Source: a virus. From it: a stretch of 64,000 nucleotides of DNA. Each line of letters begins with the position of its first letter. Position 1 is the stretch's first letter. The notes under the pieces are model-generated. The model did not search any database. It was not told the DNA's origin and saw only the letters and a program-made list of their open reading frames with translations. A program made the position numbers and the translations under genes. This document shows positions 30,721 to 39,809 of the stretch, piece after piece. Location of the stretch: positions 1-64,000 of the IMG/VR virus record IMGVR_UViG_3300048834_000258, one strand, 5' to 3'.

Positions 30721-31521
30721 CTACGGTGTGTAGATTTTGCCGTTGAGCGCGAAGCGTTCGGCGTGCATGATTACAGGGTAAATGCTGAAGGTGCCGTCGG
30801 TCAATAGGTAGCCGTAGGCAAAGCCGTGGGACCACTCATTGTTTTGGCGTTTTGAGTAGTGGGGGTTCAGATCACAAAGACCGGGGATGCTCCATCCGAT
30901 GAGTGTTTCGTTTTTGTCGAGGGGCTTTTTGCGCGAATGCGCTTGGAAGGTGTGACGGTGACCATATACGATGTTGCGCATATAGTCGCGGGTTGCGGCG
31001 GCTGCGTGGTATTGGCCGTTGGCGATAGTGTCGCCGTGGCCGAAGAAGAGCTTGCCGAGTTGGTGGAAGTACCCTTGTTCAACTATCTTGAAGGATTGTG
31101 CAGATAGCTGAAGCAGCCCATCCAAAGATAGGATGTCATCCAGACAGGGGTACTTGTCGAGGAACTGCTGAAGCCAGTTTTCGTGGTTGCCGATAATGAA
31201 TACACGCTCGGCAGCGATAGCCGCCATGGGTGCGATGACTTGCTCTTGTGCTTTGTTCAAATCGTCGCGCAGCGACGTGCGAGACACCTCAGCGGCGCGG
31301 TCTTTGTTCCAGTGGGAAATGGGTGCCCAATCAAGGAGGTCGCCGCCATGAATCCAGACATCGGGGCGGAAGTCTTCGGCGAAGTTGCGGACGCAGCGGA
31401 TAGCCCGTTCGTTGTGGGTCTTTTTGTTGATGTATTTGCCCGCTTTGTGTTCGACCCAGGTGCCGATGTGAGTGTCTGTCCAGAAGAGGAAGCGTTTGGC
31501 GATTTCGACGTGTTTAGGCAT
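30721..31521 (-). CDS. Calcineurin-like metallophosphoesterase
   Basis: DTH, GGDLLD, GNHE, HGD, GHRH. Confidence 0.85.
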   Translation of the reverse strand: MPKHVEIAKRFLFWTDTHIGTWVEHKAGKYINKKTHNERAIRCVRNFAEDFRPDVWIHGGDLLDWAPISHWNKDRAAEVSRTSLRDDLNKAQEQVIAPMAAIAAERVFIIGNHENWLQQFLDKYPCLDDILSLDGLLQLSAQSFKIVEQGYFHQLGKLFFGHGDTIANGQYHAAAATRDYMRNIVYGHRHTFQAHSRKKPLDKNETLIGWSIPGLCDLNPHYSKRQNNEWSHGFAYGYLLTDGTFSIYPVIMHAERFALNGKIYTP

Positions 31522-31783
31522 TGAACTCAACCCTCGCTTGGTAGAGACGGTTGGCGGTTGCTAAGCAAATCCAGGCGGCTTCGGCGAGAGTTAAGTGTTC
31601 TTGTTCGGTGAATTGGTGGAAGCTGTCGAGTAGAGCTTCGACGGCGGGCAAGTATTTCGTTTCGAGTTTAGAAGGATCTATGTCTTGAGAATCCTCCCGG
31701 AGCATTACGAGAGAAGCCGTGCGAAGCGCATTGGCTACGTCTTTGGCTGTGGTGCGCTCTTCAACCTTTGGTTTTCTCGCCAA
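31514..31783 (-). CDS. Hypothetical protein
   Basis: AGGAGG SD and a TTG start after a promoter. Confidence 0.55.
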   Translation of the reverse strand: MARKPKVEERTTAKDVANALRTASLVMLREDSQDIDPSKLETKYLPAVEALLDSFHQFTEQEHLTLAEAAWICLATANRLYQARVEFNA

Positions 31784-31803
31784 ACAGCTATCCTCCTACA
31801 ATT

Positions 31804-31833
31804 ATTGTAACAGTTTCAAGAGGTTGGCGTCAA
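31804..31833 (-). promoter_or_regulatory. Sigma70-like promoter
   Basis: TTGACG-18-TACAAT with TG extension. Confidence 0.65.
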
Positions 31834-31836
31834 GAG

Positions 31837-33831
31837 TTAAATTAGTTCCATGGTGCCCCAGTTAGGGCCGCGCTTTAGTTCGGATGCGCAATAGAAGTCG
31901 GGGTAAATGTCCGTTTCGGTTGTCATGAGGTTCATGAACTCCCGGCATTCGTCTAGCGTCCAGACGAGGGGAACTTCAAAGATAAGCTCGTCGTGGATTT
32001 GCATTAGAGGCACAGCACCATAGGTACTGTAGTATTTGCGCATAATACCTTGGCAGTGGTCGCCGCCGTAGCCTTGACCGATAGCTGCCGCAGCTTTCTT
32101 GAGGTTGTCGTTGGGGTCTTTGTAGAGATTGAGAAAGTAGCCATTTGCGCGGGTAATACGCTCAGTAGTTTCAACCTCTCTACCGATTTTCTGCTGCCAG
32201 TCTAAGACCTTCGGAAAGTGATGAAGGTAGCCAAGTTGAATCTCTACCGCTTGACGACGATGTTCGATAGTGTCATCGCCAAAGAGTAGGAAGGCCAGCT
32301 TCTTTCCACTGAGGCACATTTGGAGACCGCAGTATTGCCAGTCTTCAAAAATGTGCAGAGCGCCTTGATCGAGCAGTTGGCGGTTGAAACCAGTGCGTAG
32401 GTCGCCGGGGCGGTAGCCGTGATATCCAAGCAAATAGTTGGTGCCTAATACCACAATCTTCGAGATATCGCGAGGTTTGCAGTTTCGGTCTTTAGCGGGT
32501 CTTGCGAACAGTTCACCCACAGTATCAGTGATTAAGGTGTAGCCATCGTATTTTAATTCTTCGAGATACCCCGCCTCTTTCAAAACAATGCGAAGTTCGA
32601 GCTGGCTAAAATCCCCACGAAGTAGTACATAATCTTCTCTGGAAGGGACGACTACGCGGCGCACAGCCGACATGCCGCCTTTCTTAGGGACGTTCTGAAA
32701 GTTGGGCGAAGCACAACTGAGGCGACCCGTCGAGGTACTCGCGACGATGAAGCGCGGGTGGACTTTGTTGGCGCGGTCGAGATATTTTTCATCGACCCAA
32801 GACTTGATACCCTTGCCTGCCTGCTTCCAGTCGTACAAATTTTTGAGGTGCCGGAGAAGCTCGGGAGCCGATTCGTCTACGTCTTCGAGGCGGTAGCCGT
32901 ATTCGTCAGCTACGCTGCGCAGCGTAGAAAGCACGTTGTCCTTAGAGGCGCTCTCCATTTCGATGCCGGAGGCGGAGAAGAAAGCAGTCACTTGCTTTGG
33001 CGAGCCGGGATTGAAGGGGAGGTCAGCAGCAGTACGGTCGCGCTTTTCTTTGATTTCGGCGGCAATCTCCGCCGCAGTCTCCATGTTGAGTTGGATGCCC
33101 CGGTCTTGCATCTTCTCGGCAATCTCGGCCATCTCCGCTTTGTGCCAATACGCCAGCTTGGAGGGGAACTGTTTTTCGTACTGGCGCTTCATTTCGTACC
33201 AAGCCACCAAGGGTGCCCAGCTATCGACGGCATTGTACCCCCAAACGTCGCATTTCGGGCAAGGCCCTGTACAGAACTTGCCTCGACACTCTTTGTAGTT
33301 GGGGATAAGCAAGTAGTGAGCGGAGCACGAAAACAGATCGAAAAGTCCGATAGATCCGCTTTCGCCAGTGGATTCACCACTTTCCGAGCGGTCTTCAGTT
33401 TTGGCGTAGTGCTGATGTAGGATGTAGAAGTAGAGAAGAGTATCCTCCCAGCGGTGGAGGTCTGTCTTGAAGCCGAGAACGGCTTCAGTCACAGGCTTGT
33501 CAGCGGACACTACTGCGTGGCCTACGAGCGGTAGTCCGCTGTCCCATATCTCTTCTACGAGCTTCTGCTCGTGCGGCAGCGATGCGGCGCTTCTCTTAGA
33601 GGCAATGCCTACGATAGTGGGCCGCAGGCCCGTAAACTCCAAGTCGTAGCCGAGAGCGCCTTCCTCTTGTGCTTCGCGCAGGGTGCGCGAAAAGCCCGCG
33701 TAATCGCGGTAGATGGGCGGAAAGAAGCCCTCCCCCAAAGGGGGACCGTCGTCGCCGAGAAGTGTAAGCTGCATTGGCCGCGAGCCGAGCAGGTTTGCGA
33801 ACAGTTCGCCTTTTGCTTTTCTACTTGCCAT
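31837..33831 (-). CDS. polA: Family A DNA polymerase with 3'-5' exonuclease
   Basis: ExoI YDLEF, ExoIII YNAVD, TGRLS..PNFQN, motif A DFSQLELR, motif B KIVVLGTNY, motif C IHDEL. Start moved to the ATG with a GGAG SD. Confidence 0.93.
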   Translation of the reverse strand: MASRKAKGELFANLLGSRPMQLTLLGDDGPPLGEGFFPPIYRDYAGFSRTLREAQEEGALGYDLEFTGLRPTIVGIASKRSAASLPHEQKLVEEIWDSGLPLVGHAVVSADKPVTEAVLGFKTDLHRWEDTLLYFYILHQHYAKTEDRSESGESTGESGSIGLFDLFSCSAHYLLIPNYKECRGKFCTGPCPKCDVWGYNAVDSWAPLVAWYEMKRQYEKQFPSKLAYWHKAEMAEIAEKMQDRGIQLNMETAAEIAAEIKEKRDRTAADLPFNPGSPKQVTAFFSASGIEMESASKDNVLSTLRSVADEYGYRLEDVDESAPELLRHLKNLYDWKQAGKGIKSWVDEKYLDRANKVHPRFIVASTSTGRLSCASPNFQNVPKKGGMSAVRRVVVPSREDYVLLRGDFSQLELRIVLKEAGYLEELKYDGYTLITDTVGELFARPAKDRNCKPRDISKIVVLGTNYLLGYHGYRPGDLRTGFNRQLLDQGALHIFEDWQYCGLQMCLSGKKLAFLLFGDDTIEHRRQAVEIQLGYLHHFPKVLDWQQKIGREVETTERITRANGYFLNLYKDPNDNLKKAAAAIGQGYGGDHCQGIMRKYYSTYGAVPLMQIHDELIFEVPLVWTLDECREFMNLMTTETDIYPDFYCASELKRGPNWGTMELI

Positions 33832-33952
33832 AGTGCTCCGCGAAATAGGCAGCGATGGTGCTGATAATGACAACAGCGGCGAAGATGGCTGCTAGCGAAA
33901 GCAGGTCTTGCCAAAAGTGCCAATCGTAGTCTTCCGGTGGTTTGGGAATCAT
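33821..33952 (-). CDS. Small membrane protein (43 aa)
   Basis: MIPKPPEDYDWHFWQDLLSLAAIFAAVVIISTIAAYF...; fills the gap between two genes. Confidence 0.45.
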   Translation of the reverse strand: MIPKPPEDYDWHFWQDLLSLAAIFAAVVIISTIAAYFAEHYGK

Positions 33953-34365
33953 TTAAGCACCTCAAGAATTAAACAGTCTTTGCCGTAGTAGATGAGCGTG
34001 GGTTTGGGATCTTCTTCGTAATGAATATGGCCCAAGTGATCTTCTGGGGTGGCTTCGATGTATGGATGTATCCAGGCAAGGAAGCGTTCAATCTCTCGGT
34101 CGTAGTTCTTTAGATCGCAGCGAGTGGTGAGACAATACCCCGAGTCAATAGAGTTTCGCTTAAAATCCCGAACAAATCGAGGGACGAAATAGTAAGAACT
34201 GGAGTTTCCTATATGGTCCCAACGCTCGGTCACGAAGTATGGATGAAAAGGTAGCAGTTTAGGCTCCTGCCCTTCATCGAATAAATACTGAAGCACTGCC
34301 AGAACCTCCCCCGGCAAATCCTTCTTGAGGGTGCAGCAGAGATACAGTTCGGTGTACATTCCCAT
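33949..34365 (-). CDS. Conserved phage hypothetical protein
   Basis: MGMYTEL...LKNYD.EIE.FL.WI.PY; GGAGG SD. Confidence 0.65.
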   Translation of the reverse strand: MGMYTELYLCCTLKKDLPGEVLAVLQYLFDEGQEPKLLPFHPYFVTERWDHIGNSSSYYFVPRFVRDFKRNSIDSGYCLTTRCDLKNYDREIERFLAWIHPYIEATPEDHLGHIHYEEDPKPTLIYYGKDCLILEVLK

Positions 34366-34381
34366 AGAAACCTCCTACGTC

Positions 34382-34948
34382 CTATGGACGCCAATGGAAC
34401 TTAGTATCGATGTGGAGCTTCCAGGAGGACAAGCCCCCCTTGAGTTGCGGGTCGAGGAACTCCAGAACTTCTTTGCCGTAAGCGACTAAGGGGCGATAGC
34501 CCCGGTCAGCCAGTTGTTGAGCTTTGCTCGCCGCCAACTCGTTGATGCACTGCATCGGAGGGGAGCCGAAAGCTCCCTCCAGGTCGTAGGTGTAGACGAC
34601 GGCGTTCGGCCTCCAAGCCCGCAGGGCTTGGTCGTACTGGCGGCATAGGGTGAGCGCGTGCTGTGCGTTCGTCTTTGGAAGCGTGCCCTTGGCACTGTGC
34701 GCAAAGTAGCAGCGAATGAGGTACGCTACTAAGATGTCGTCTTTGGCAAAGCCAAGTTTGTTATAGGTCCGTAGGACCGAGTACATAGAGTCGGCATCCC
34801 AAGGGTCGCCAGTGACGGCGCTTTCGCGCCCAGGGCGATACAACAGCACACCTACTTTAGGTGCCGAAGGCACCAAGTCAGCGCAGAAGCCTACCGTAGG
34901 TAGGTGATAGAGACGGCAACTTGAGCAAGTGTCCGGCTTGCGGTTCAT
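34382..34948 (-). CDS. Degenerate family-4 uracil-DNA-glycosylase-like domain (SPO1 polymerase-associated type)
   Basis: CSSCRL, PGRE...G.P, LIRC, ...LCRQY. Confidence 0.6.
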   Translation of the reverse strand: MNRKPDTCSSCRLYHLPTVGFCADLVPSAPKVGVLLYRPGRESAVTGDPWDADSMYSVLRTYNKLGFAKDDILVAYLIRCYFAHSAKGTLPKTNAQHALTLCRQYDQALRAWRPNAVVYTYDLEGAFGSPPMQCINELAASKAQQLADRGYRPLVAYGKEVLEFLDPQLKGGLSSWKLHIDTKFHWRP

Positions 34949-35163
34949 TAGACCCAGACCACCTTTTCCAAATCTTCGGAATAGGCTGGGTGATGCAGAG
35001 GAATGAGATTTCCGTGTGCGCAGCGTTCGACCGACAGCACGGAATGTTCGTACTCAATCTCTCCGCCTTTGTCAGGAAATGGTACACATTCCACCACTAC
35101 AGGCAAATCGCCGTGCAGTTCTCGCAGATGCTCTAACCGTTTGATGTATTGTGAAATTGTCAT
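34948..35163 (-). CDS. Small protein, tandem paralogue 1
   Basis: MTISQYI...HGDLPV; RBS AGGAGCTTCACATG. Confidence 0.6.
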   Translation of the reverse strand: MTISQYIKRLEHLRELHGDLPVVVECVPFPDKGGEIEYEHSVLSVERCAHGNLIPLHHPAYSEDLEKVVWV

Positions 35164-35173
35164 GTGAAGCTCC

Positions 35174-35380
35174 TTAGCGTAGTTCGAGATAGGGACCGTA
35201 GAAAGGTTTTTCATCCTCGGGCACAGGCCCATAGGTGTGAAGACGTTCTCGTAGGTTGCGTTGAACTACCAAAGCCTCCGAGACCTCCTCGAAACCATCT
35301 TCCTGCCATAAGATGACAGGAAGATCTCCGTGCTCAACAATCTGAGCAGCAATCTCCTGAATGAGTTCTGATGCTTTCAT
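35174..35380 (-). CDS. Small protein, tandem paralogue 2
   Basis: MKASELI...HGDLPV; same RBS AGGAGCTTCACATG. Confidence 0.6.
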   Translation of the reverse strand: MKASELIQEIAAQIVEHGDLPVILWQEDGFEEVSEALVVQRNLRERLHTYGPVPEDEKPFYGPYLELR

Positions 35381-35398
35381 GTGAAGCTCCTCTAAGTC

Positions 35399-35459
35399 AG
35401 TATACCGCGATTTGCGAAGCAAATCAACAAAAAACAGGGGCGAGCCGAAGCCCGCCCCT
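35399..35459 (-). promoter_or_regulatory. Terminator followed by a palindrome-containing promoter
   Basis: GGGGCGGGC-TTCG-GCTCGCCCC-TGTTTTTT, then TTGATT-17-TATACT containing GATTTGC-TTC-GCAAATC. Confidence 0.65.
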
Positions 35460-35490
35460 TAGTTAGGAGGTTGCCTATTGCATGGCTTAC

Positions 35491-36180
35491 TTAGAGGACT
35501 TCTCCCACGCGGTCGGGGGTGAAGGTCACTTCGGCGTCGTCTTCGTCCAACTTGTCGTAGGAGTTGATTTCGCCCGCCGCAAAACGAGTGGCCTGTTTCT
35601 CGGCGCGTTTCAGGAAGGACTCGAAGGTCTTCGTCATCTTGGCTTCGTCGCCGAAGGGAATGAAGGTGAAGTTCGCGATTTCGCGATACTGGCCGCGAAC
35701 CTTGATCCATTCGCCGTCACCGTCGCGCTCGTTCTTGCGCTGCTGTGCGGTGATGTAGAGGAAGGGCAGGGGCCGCTTCGTTTCGTCTTCTTCACCCTGG
35801 GCGAACACGGAACGAAGAACCGCGACCAACTCTTCGGGAGTGTACTCGGCCATTTCGCCGAGGGCGGCAAGATAGTCGTCGGCGCGTTCAAACGAACCGG
35901 CTACGCCCATCAGAAGACCGGGGCGGTCCACCGAGCCGAGGTTGCGCTGGTATTCGTACTTGTCGCGCTTTTCGAGCGTGTTGCAGTTGAAGGTATTGGG
36001 GCACCACTCGGGCTGAATGGTGATGTATGTGTTGAAGTCGGGGGAACCGGCGAGGCCCTTGATCTTGACCTTTACGCCTAGAGCACCGTCGGTGCTGCGC
36101 ACCTTCCCTACTTCAAATCCGGCGAGGACGCCCAGGTTGAACTGCTGCGGCATGGGCCGCGCTTGCAATGGTTTTGCCAT
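35491..36180 (-). CDS. Probable single-stranded DNA-binding protein
   Basis: Downstream of Sak4, beta-rich with an acidic tail, followed by a terminator. Confidence 0.5.
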   Translation of the reverse strand: MAKPLQARPMPQQFNLGVLAGFEVGKVRSTDGALGVKVKIKGLAGSPDFNTYITIQPEWCPNTFNCNTLEKRDKYEYQRNLGSVDRPGLLMGVAGSFERADDYLAALGEMAEYTPEELVAVLRSVFAQGEEDETKRPLPFLYITAQQRKNERDGDGEWIKVRGQYREIANFTFIPFGDEAKMTKTFESFLKRAEKQATRFAAGEINSYDKLDEDDAEVTFTPDRVGEVL

Positions 36181-36193
36181 GTGATGTTTCTCC

Positions 36194-36580
36194 TTAGTGG
36201 ATCAATTTCGTCTGAGGCGGAGCCTCTTCAGAAGTACCCCGAACGGGGTACACGAACTGCGGCGAAGCCGAGAACGAAGTGCCCGGTAGGGCCAGCGGCG
36301 TGTGGTTGTCCACGAGCGCCTCTTCGTAGCCAGCTTGCTTTCGCATCTCGGGCAAAGCTGCCCTATATGAGTCTACCGCAAGTTGATAGTTTTTGTCAAC
36401 AACTTCCTCGCCAAATTGTACGAGGAGAGATGCTCGAAGTGAAGAGACGATAGCGGACACCGCTGCTGGCGGATAAGGGCACAGCATGATGTTAACCGCT
36501 TCGTGCAACTTCAAAAGAATGAGTTCGACCTTTTGAGCTTCGCTCAAATCGCCAAAGTTTACTTGTTGATTTTCTTCCAC
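36194..36580 (-). CDS. Hypothetical protein
   Basis: ORF in operon with a GGAGG SD. Confidence 0.5.
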   Translation of the reverse strand: MEENQQVNFGDLSEAQKVELILLKLHEAVNIMLCPYPPAAVSAIVSSLRASLLVQFGEEVVDKNYQLAVDSYRAALPEMRKQAGYEEALVDNHTPLALPGTSFSASPQFVYPVRGTSEEAPPQTKLIH

Positions 36581-37425
36581 AGGGCCTCCATGTCGGCTGG
36601 TTCAGTTGGCTGCAAGTCATTGCCACGCTGCTTGCTGACGCAATCAGGGGAGGCAATGACGTATTCGTAGGTGAGTTCTTTCTTTCCGATGGGATACTTG
36701 CGCACCGAGCGGAAAACGAAGTCGAAGTAGCCTGCAACTTGGTTGCGAGTAGCACCTACCAGTGCGGGGCGATAGACCGTATCGGCCTGTTTGACTTCGC
36801 GCCCCGGCTGCGGAGCCGCAGGCTCGTACTCCCAAGCGTTGACGTAGTAGTGCAGCGGCTTCGCCGCTGTCGCCTGCAAGTGCAGGAAGTCGTCCAGGAC
36901 GCGCTTGGAAACACGTCCGATGGCGTCCCAGTCTTTCTCGCCAGCTACGAGACCCTCTTCGCGCATCTGGCCTCCAGCCTTGTCTACCTTGCCTGCGTAG
37001 TCCTTGGAAAGGACGTACTCGTCAATGTAGTTGGTCTGGAAGTTGGAGAGGCCGTCCCAGGCGAGGAGGTCGGGGTCGAAATCGGCCATCGTTTTGCCGT
37101 CGCCAAGCGCAAGCTCCGCGAACCCCTCCACAAAGGCTTTCACTTCCTGGTAAGTGGCGAGGTCGAAGAAAACGAGGTTATCGAGAAGCTCGGGCTTGCC
37201 CTCGGCAAGCAGGTCAGCACGGACGGTGCGAAGCCCATGGCCTCCGGCTTCCGTCGAGAGGACCGCTACCTTTAGGCCCGCTTTGAGAAAGCCCGTAAGG
37301 GCTTTCGTCTTTCCGGTGCCTGAGGCTCCGTACATGAAGATTTTCTGTTGCTGCGGTTCTTCGTCCGTCAGCTTGCGAGGCCGCAAGACGGGTGCGTCTT
37401 TCGGCTTGAAGTTGAGAAGACTCAT
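36559..37425 (-). CDS. Sak4-like / AAA_24 recombinase ATPase
   Basis: YGASGTGKT, STEAGG, LAWDGLS, GYFDFV. Confidence 0.8.
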   Translation of the reverse strand: MSLLNFKPKDAPVLRPRKLTDEEPQQQKIFMYGASGTGKTKALTGFLKAGLKVAVLSTEAGGHGLRTVRADLLAEGKPELLDNLVFFDLATYQEVKAFVEGFAELALGDGKTMADFDPDLLAWDGLSNFQTNYIDEYVLSKDYAGKVDKAGGQMREEGLVAGEKDWDAIGRVSKRVLDDFLHLQATAAKPLHYYVNAWEYEPAAPQPGREVKQADTVYRPALVGATRNQVAGYFDFVFRSVRKYPIGKKELTYEYVIASPDCVSKQRGNDLQPTEPADMEALWKKINK

Positions 37426-38261
37426 AGAGTAAGTTCCTTTCCAGTGTTGAAGCCGGTGGCGATTTGCCAATCGCGAATCTGCATATAGGCGGCAGCGATA
37501 GCGGCGTGAGCCGCTTTGCCGACCTGAAGTGCCATCCCGTCTTCCTCGGTCCCCGTCAATTTTGAGAGGCGAAGCCTCTCCGGGCAAAGGGCGAATTTGT
37601 CGAGGGTTGAATGCGACAGGTGCTCTAATTTTAGCACACCAGCGGGGGTGCCAGTCGAAAGGCACCCTGTCATAAAGGGACAGTCGCGCCCAAAAGCGCC
37701 GCAGCCTGAGGGGCGGTATTCCGGCCAGCGTTCCGCGTCTCGGAGAGATTCCAATTGCGCGGCACTCTGCCGCAGGTAAAGAGGTACCTTACCTAGTTGG
37801 TAGTTCCAGTAAGAGGATGCCGACGTAAGAGCGACTTGGCGCGGTTTGCCGCTCCCGGCACGCGGAATGCCGCGATAGAGGAACTTGACATTCAGTTTGG
37901 GGAATCGTTGCTGGATGAAGTAGCTGTAGAGCCGCCACTGCCAGCTATCCACTATCTTAGACTCCCAGCGTTTGTCGGGATTCGTTGTGATCTTCCAGTC
38001 AACGATGATTACCTGGGAAGGGTTGTACGCGATCAGGTCGGCGACCCACTTGAACTTGTAGGGCCAGAAGTCGAGCGTTTCTTCGAACTCCTGTTCGACG
38101 CCTACGATGCGGAACCCGTCTGCGTCCGCCGAGGCGCATGCCTCTAAAGCACACATAGCAGAAGCTGCCGCGCTGTCGGTGTAATAGTCGGGAAGGTCGC
38201 AGTCGAGGATTGCTTGGTTGAGGGGGTCGGAGTTAAGGTCGTTAAGGCGAAACTTAGCCAT
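37422..38261 (-). CDS. PD-(D/E)xK Cas4/AddB-like exonuclease, apparently circularly permuted
   Basis: VEQEF, ADLI, VDWK, WQ..LY, CxxFGxxCPFxxxC, then LSHSTL...CP...GKAAH at the C-terminus. Confidence 0.8.
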   Translation of the reverse strand: MAKFRLNDLNSDPLNQAILDCDLPDYYTDSAAASAMCALEACASADADGFRIVGVEQEFEETLDFWPYKFKWVADLIAYNPSQVIIVDWKITTNPDKRWESKIVDSWQWRLYSYFIQQRFPKLNVKFLYRGIPRAGSGKPRQVALTSASSYWNYQLGKVPLYLRQSAAQLESLRDAERWPEYRPSGCGAFGRDCPFMTGCLSTGTPAGVLKLEHLSHSTLDKFALCPERLRLSKLTGTEEDGMALQVGKAAHAAIAAAYMQIRDWQIATGFNTGKELTL

Positions 38262-38551
38262 TAAGCCTCCCCTTCTTCGAAGTGGTCATTGTGCGGAGAT
38301 CCAAAGGATCTCGCTTGAACAAGAGTACGTCCTCCGGGCGCGAGGCTAAAGCCTCCACGTTCAAAGCGTTCCACTTCTGAGAGAGCGCAGCGTATGAGCG
38401 AGGTTTCCTCGGCGCTAGCCGTGCCGCTGTAACGATCCTCCCACCCTCGGGCCGCGAAGTGCTCGTCCAGCTTCTCCGCTAACGATTTGCGGTTGGGGTT
38501 TTGGTTGCGTTGGGCAACGTAGTAGCGTTTGCGTGTTGCATCAATCTGCAT
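38261..38551 (-). CDS. Hypothetical protein
   Basis: AAGGAG SD; TAATG coupling. Confidence 0.55.
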   Translation of the reverse strand: MQIDATRKRYYVAQRNQNPNRKSLAEKLDEHFAARGWEDRYSGTASAEETSLIRCALSEVERFERGGFSLAPGGRTLVQARSFGSPHNDHFEEGEA

Positions 38552-38574
38552 TTAAGTATTCTCCTTTCTTGACG

Positions 38575-39510
38575 CTATTTTAGCGCCTTGCCCTCGTTGT
38601 CCGTGATGCCATAGCCGTGGCACTTGTCGCACACCCGAAGCGGCTCTCCCAGTTTTGCAAGAATGCCGTCCAGAAACGCCTGCACCTTGGATTCAAGGTC
38701 GTCGGCATTCTGCCCAGTGATGGTTTCCGGCTGTGGGTGCCCTTGGCGGTATTGTGCGGTTCCGTAATTTACGATGTTACCCAAGGACAACTCACGAAGC
38801 GGCTCCCGCCACGACCTGACGCGCTTACTACGACCGCGCCCCTCTTCGCGTGTGAAGTTTTGCATCTCTTCATGAATGACGGGGATGGTCTTTTTGATTT
38901 CCAGAAAGGTAGTTGCGCTGCTTCCCGAAAAGATGCCGGAACTCAGCGAGCACCCCGCTGGAATGCGCGGGACCACATAATCCCAGATGACCTTGTAGAG
39001 ATCATCACCGCCTAAGTAGCATGGGTACTTGTGCCAAGATACTGGGTTGTATTCCAAACCGAAAGGAAGCTGCATTTTAGTGCCTGCATACTTCGGGGTG
39101 CGCGGTTCGCAGTCGTCATCCACGAGGCGCAAGTCGTACTCAATAGGCACCCACGTTCCGGGGATTTTGGTTGAGTCCGTGTCGTAGAACTGCTGCATTC
39201 CTCCCGGCCATTCCTCATCGGGCCAACCGCCCCATCGGGCTGGGGCCACCTCGGCAGGCAACGTCGGAGACGGCACAAGTTCGGGCTTCAACACAAAGCG
39301 GTGAACGTCCTCGCGCGGTGGTTGCCATTTCGCAATTTCTTTGACTGGCCATTCAGCCTTGTACCAGTCCTTGCCATAGTTGCAGGATTTCGCTTCGGTA
39401 CCGTTGACCGACCACGGCCCGCTGATGGTACGCGGGTACTCTCCCGACGAGATACCGCAAAAATACACCACGCCAGCTTTTTTCACTGCATTGAATGTTG
39501 TAGGATTCAT
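38575..39510 (-). CDS. Hypothetical protein with C-terminal CxxCxGxG
   Basis: 311-aa ORF with SD. Confidence 0.6.
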   Translation of the reverse strand: MNPTTFNAVKKAGVVYFCGISSGEYPRTISGPWSVNGTEAKSCNYGKDWYKAEWPVKEIAKWQPPREDVHRFVLKPELVPSPTLPAEVAPARWGGWPDEEWPGGMQQFYDTDSTKIPGTWVPIEYDLRLVDDDCEPRTPKYAGTKMQLPFGLEYNPVSWHKYPCYLGGDDLYKVIWDYVVPRIPAGCSLSSGIFSGSSATTFLEIKKTIPVIHEEMQNFTREEGRGRSKRVRSWREPLRELSLGNIVNYGTAQYRQGHPQPETITGQNADDLESKVQAFLDGILAKLGEPLRVCDKCHGYGITDNEGKALK

Positions 39511-39512
39511 CG

Positions 39513-39809
39513 CTATTCTTCCTCCTCCTCTTCAAAGGCTTCCGCCAGTTCACAAAGTCCCTTTAAGTTTAGCAGACCTGGCGGCTTCGCCGTAAGGGCG
39601 TAGAGTTCTTCCTTTACCATTCCATAAACCGCCAAAAGGTAGTCAGTTGTGATTTCCTCTTCCGCGAGTTGCTTTAGCAACAAAGTAGCTAGACGGAAGT
39701 TCTGTTCGGCTAGAGGCGCTAGCGCCAGCAGCTCTTTGGCTTCGAGCCAAGCAACTGAGCCGAAAACAGGGCGCGAACGCGCCAGTTCGCGAGCTTCATT
39801 CAGTGTCAT
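39513..39809 (-). CDS. Hypothetical protein
   Basis: Start at MTLNEAR with an AAGGA SD. Confidence 0.5.
   Translation of the reverse strand: MTLNEARELARSRPVFGSVAWLEAKELLALAPLAEQNFRLATLLLKQLAEEEITTDYLLAVYGMVKEELYALTAKPPGLLNLKGLCELAEAFEEEEEE

Noticed and set aside
37422-38261. Cas4 as part of a CRISPR-Cas system
   Set aside because: No array or other cas genes; the Sak4/SSB context indicates a recombination exonuclease.
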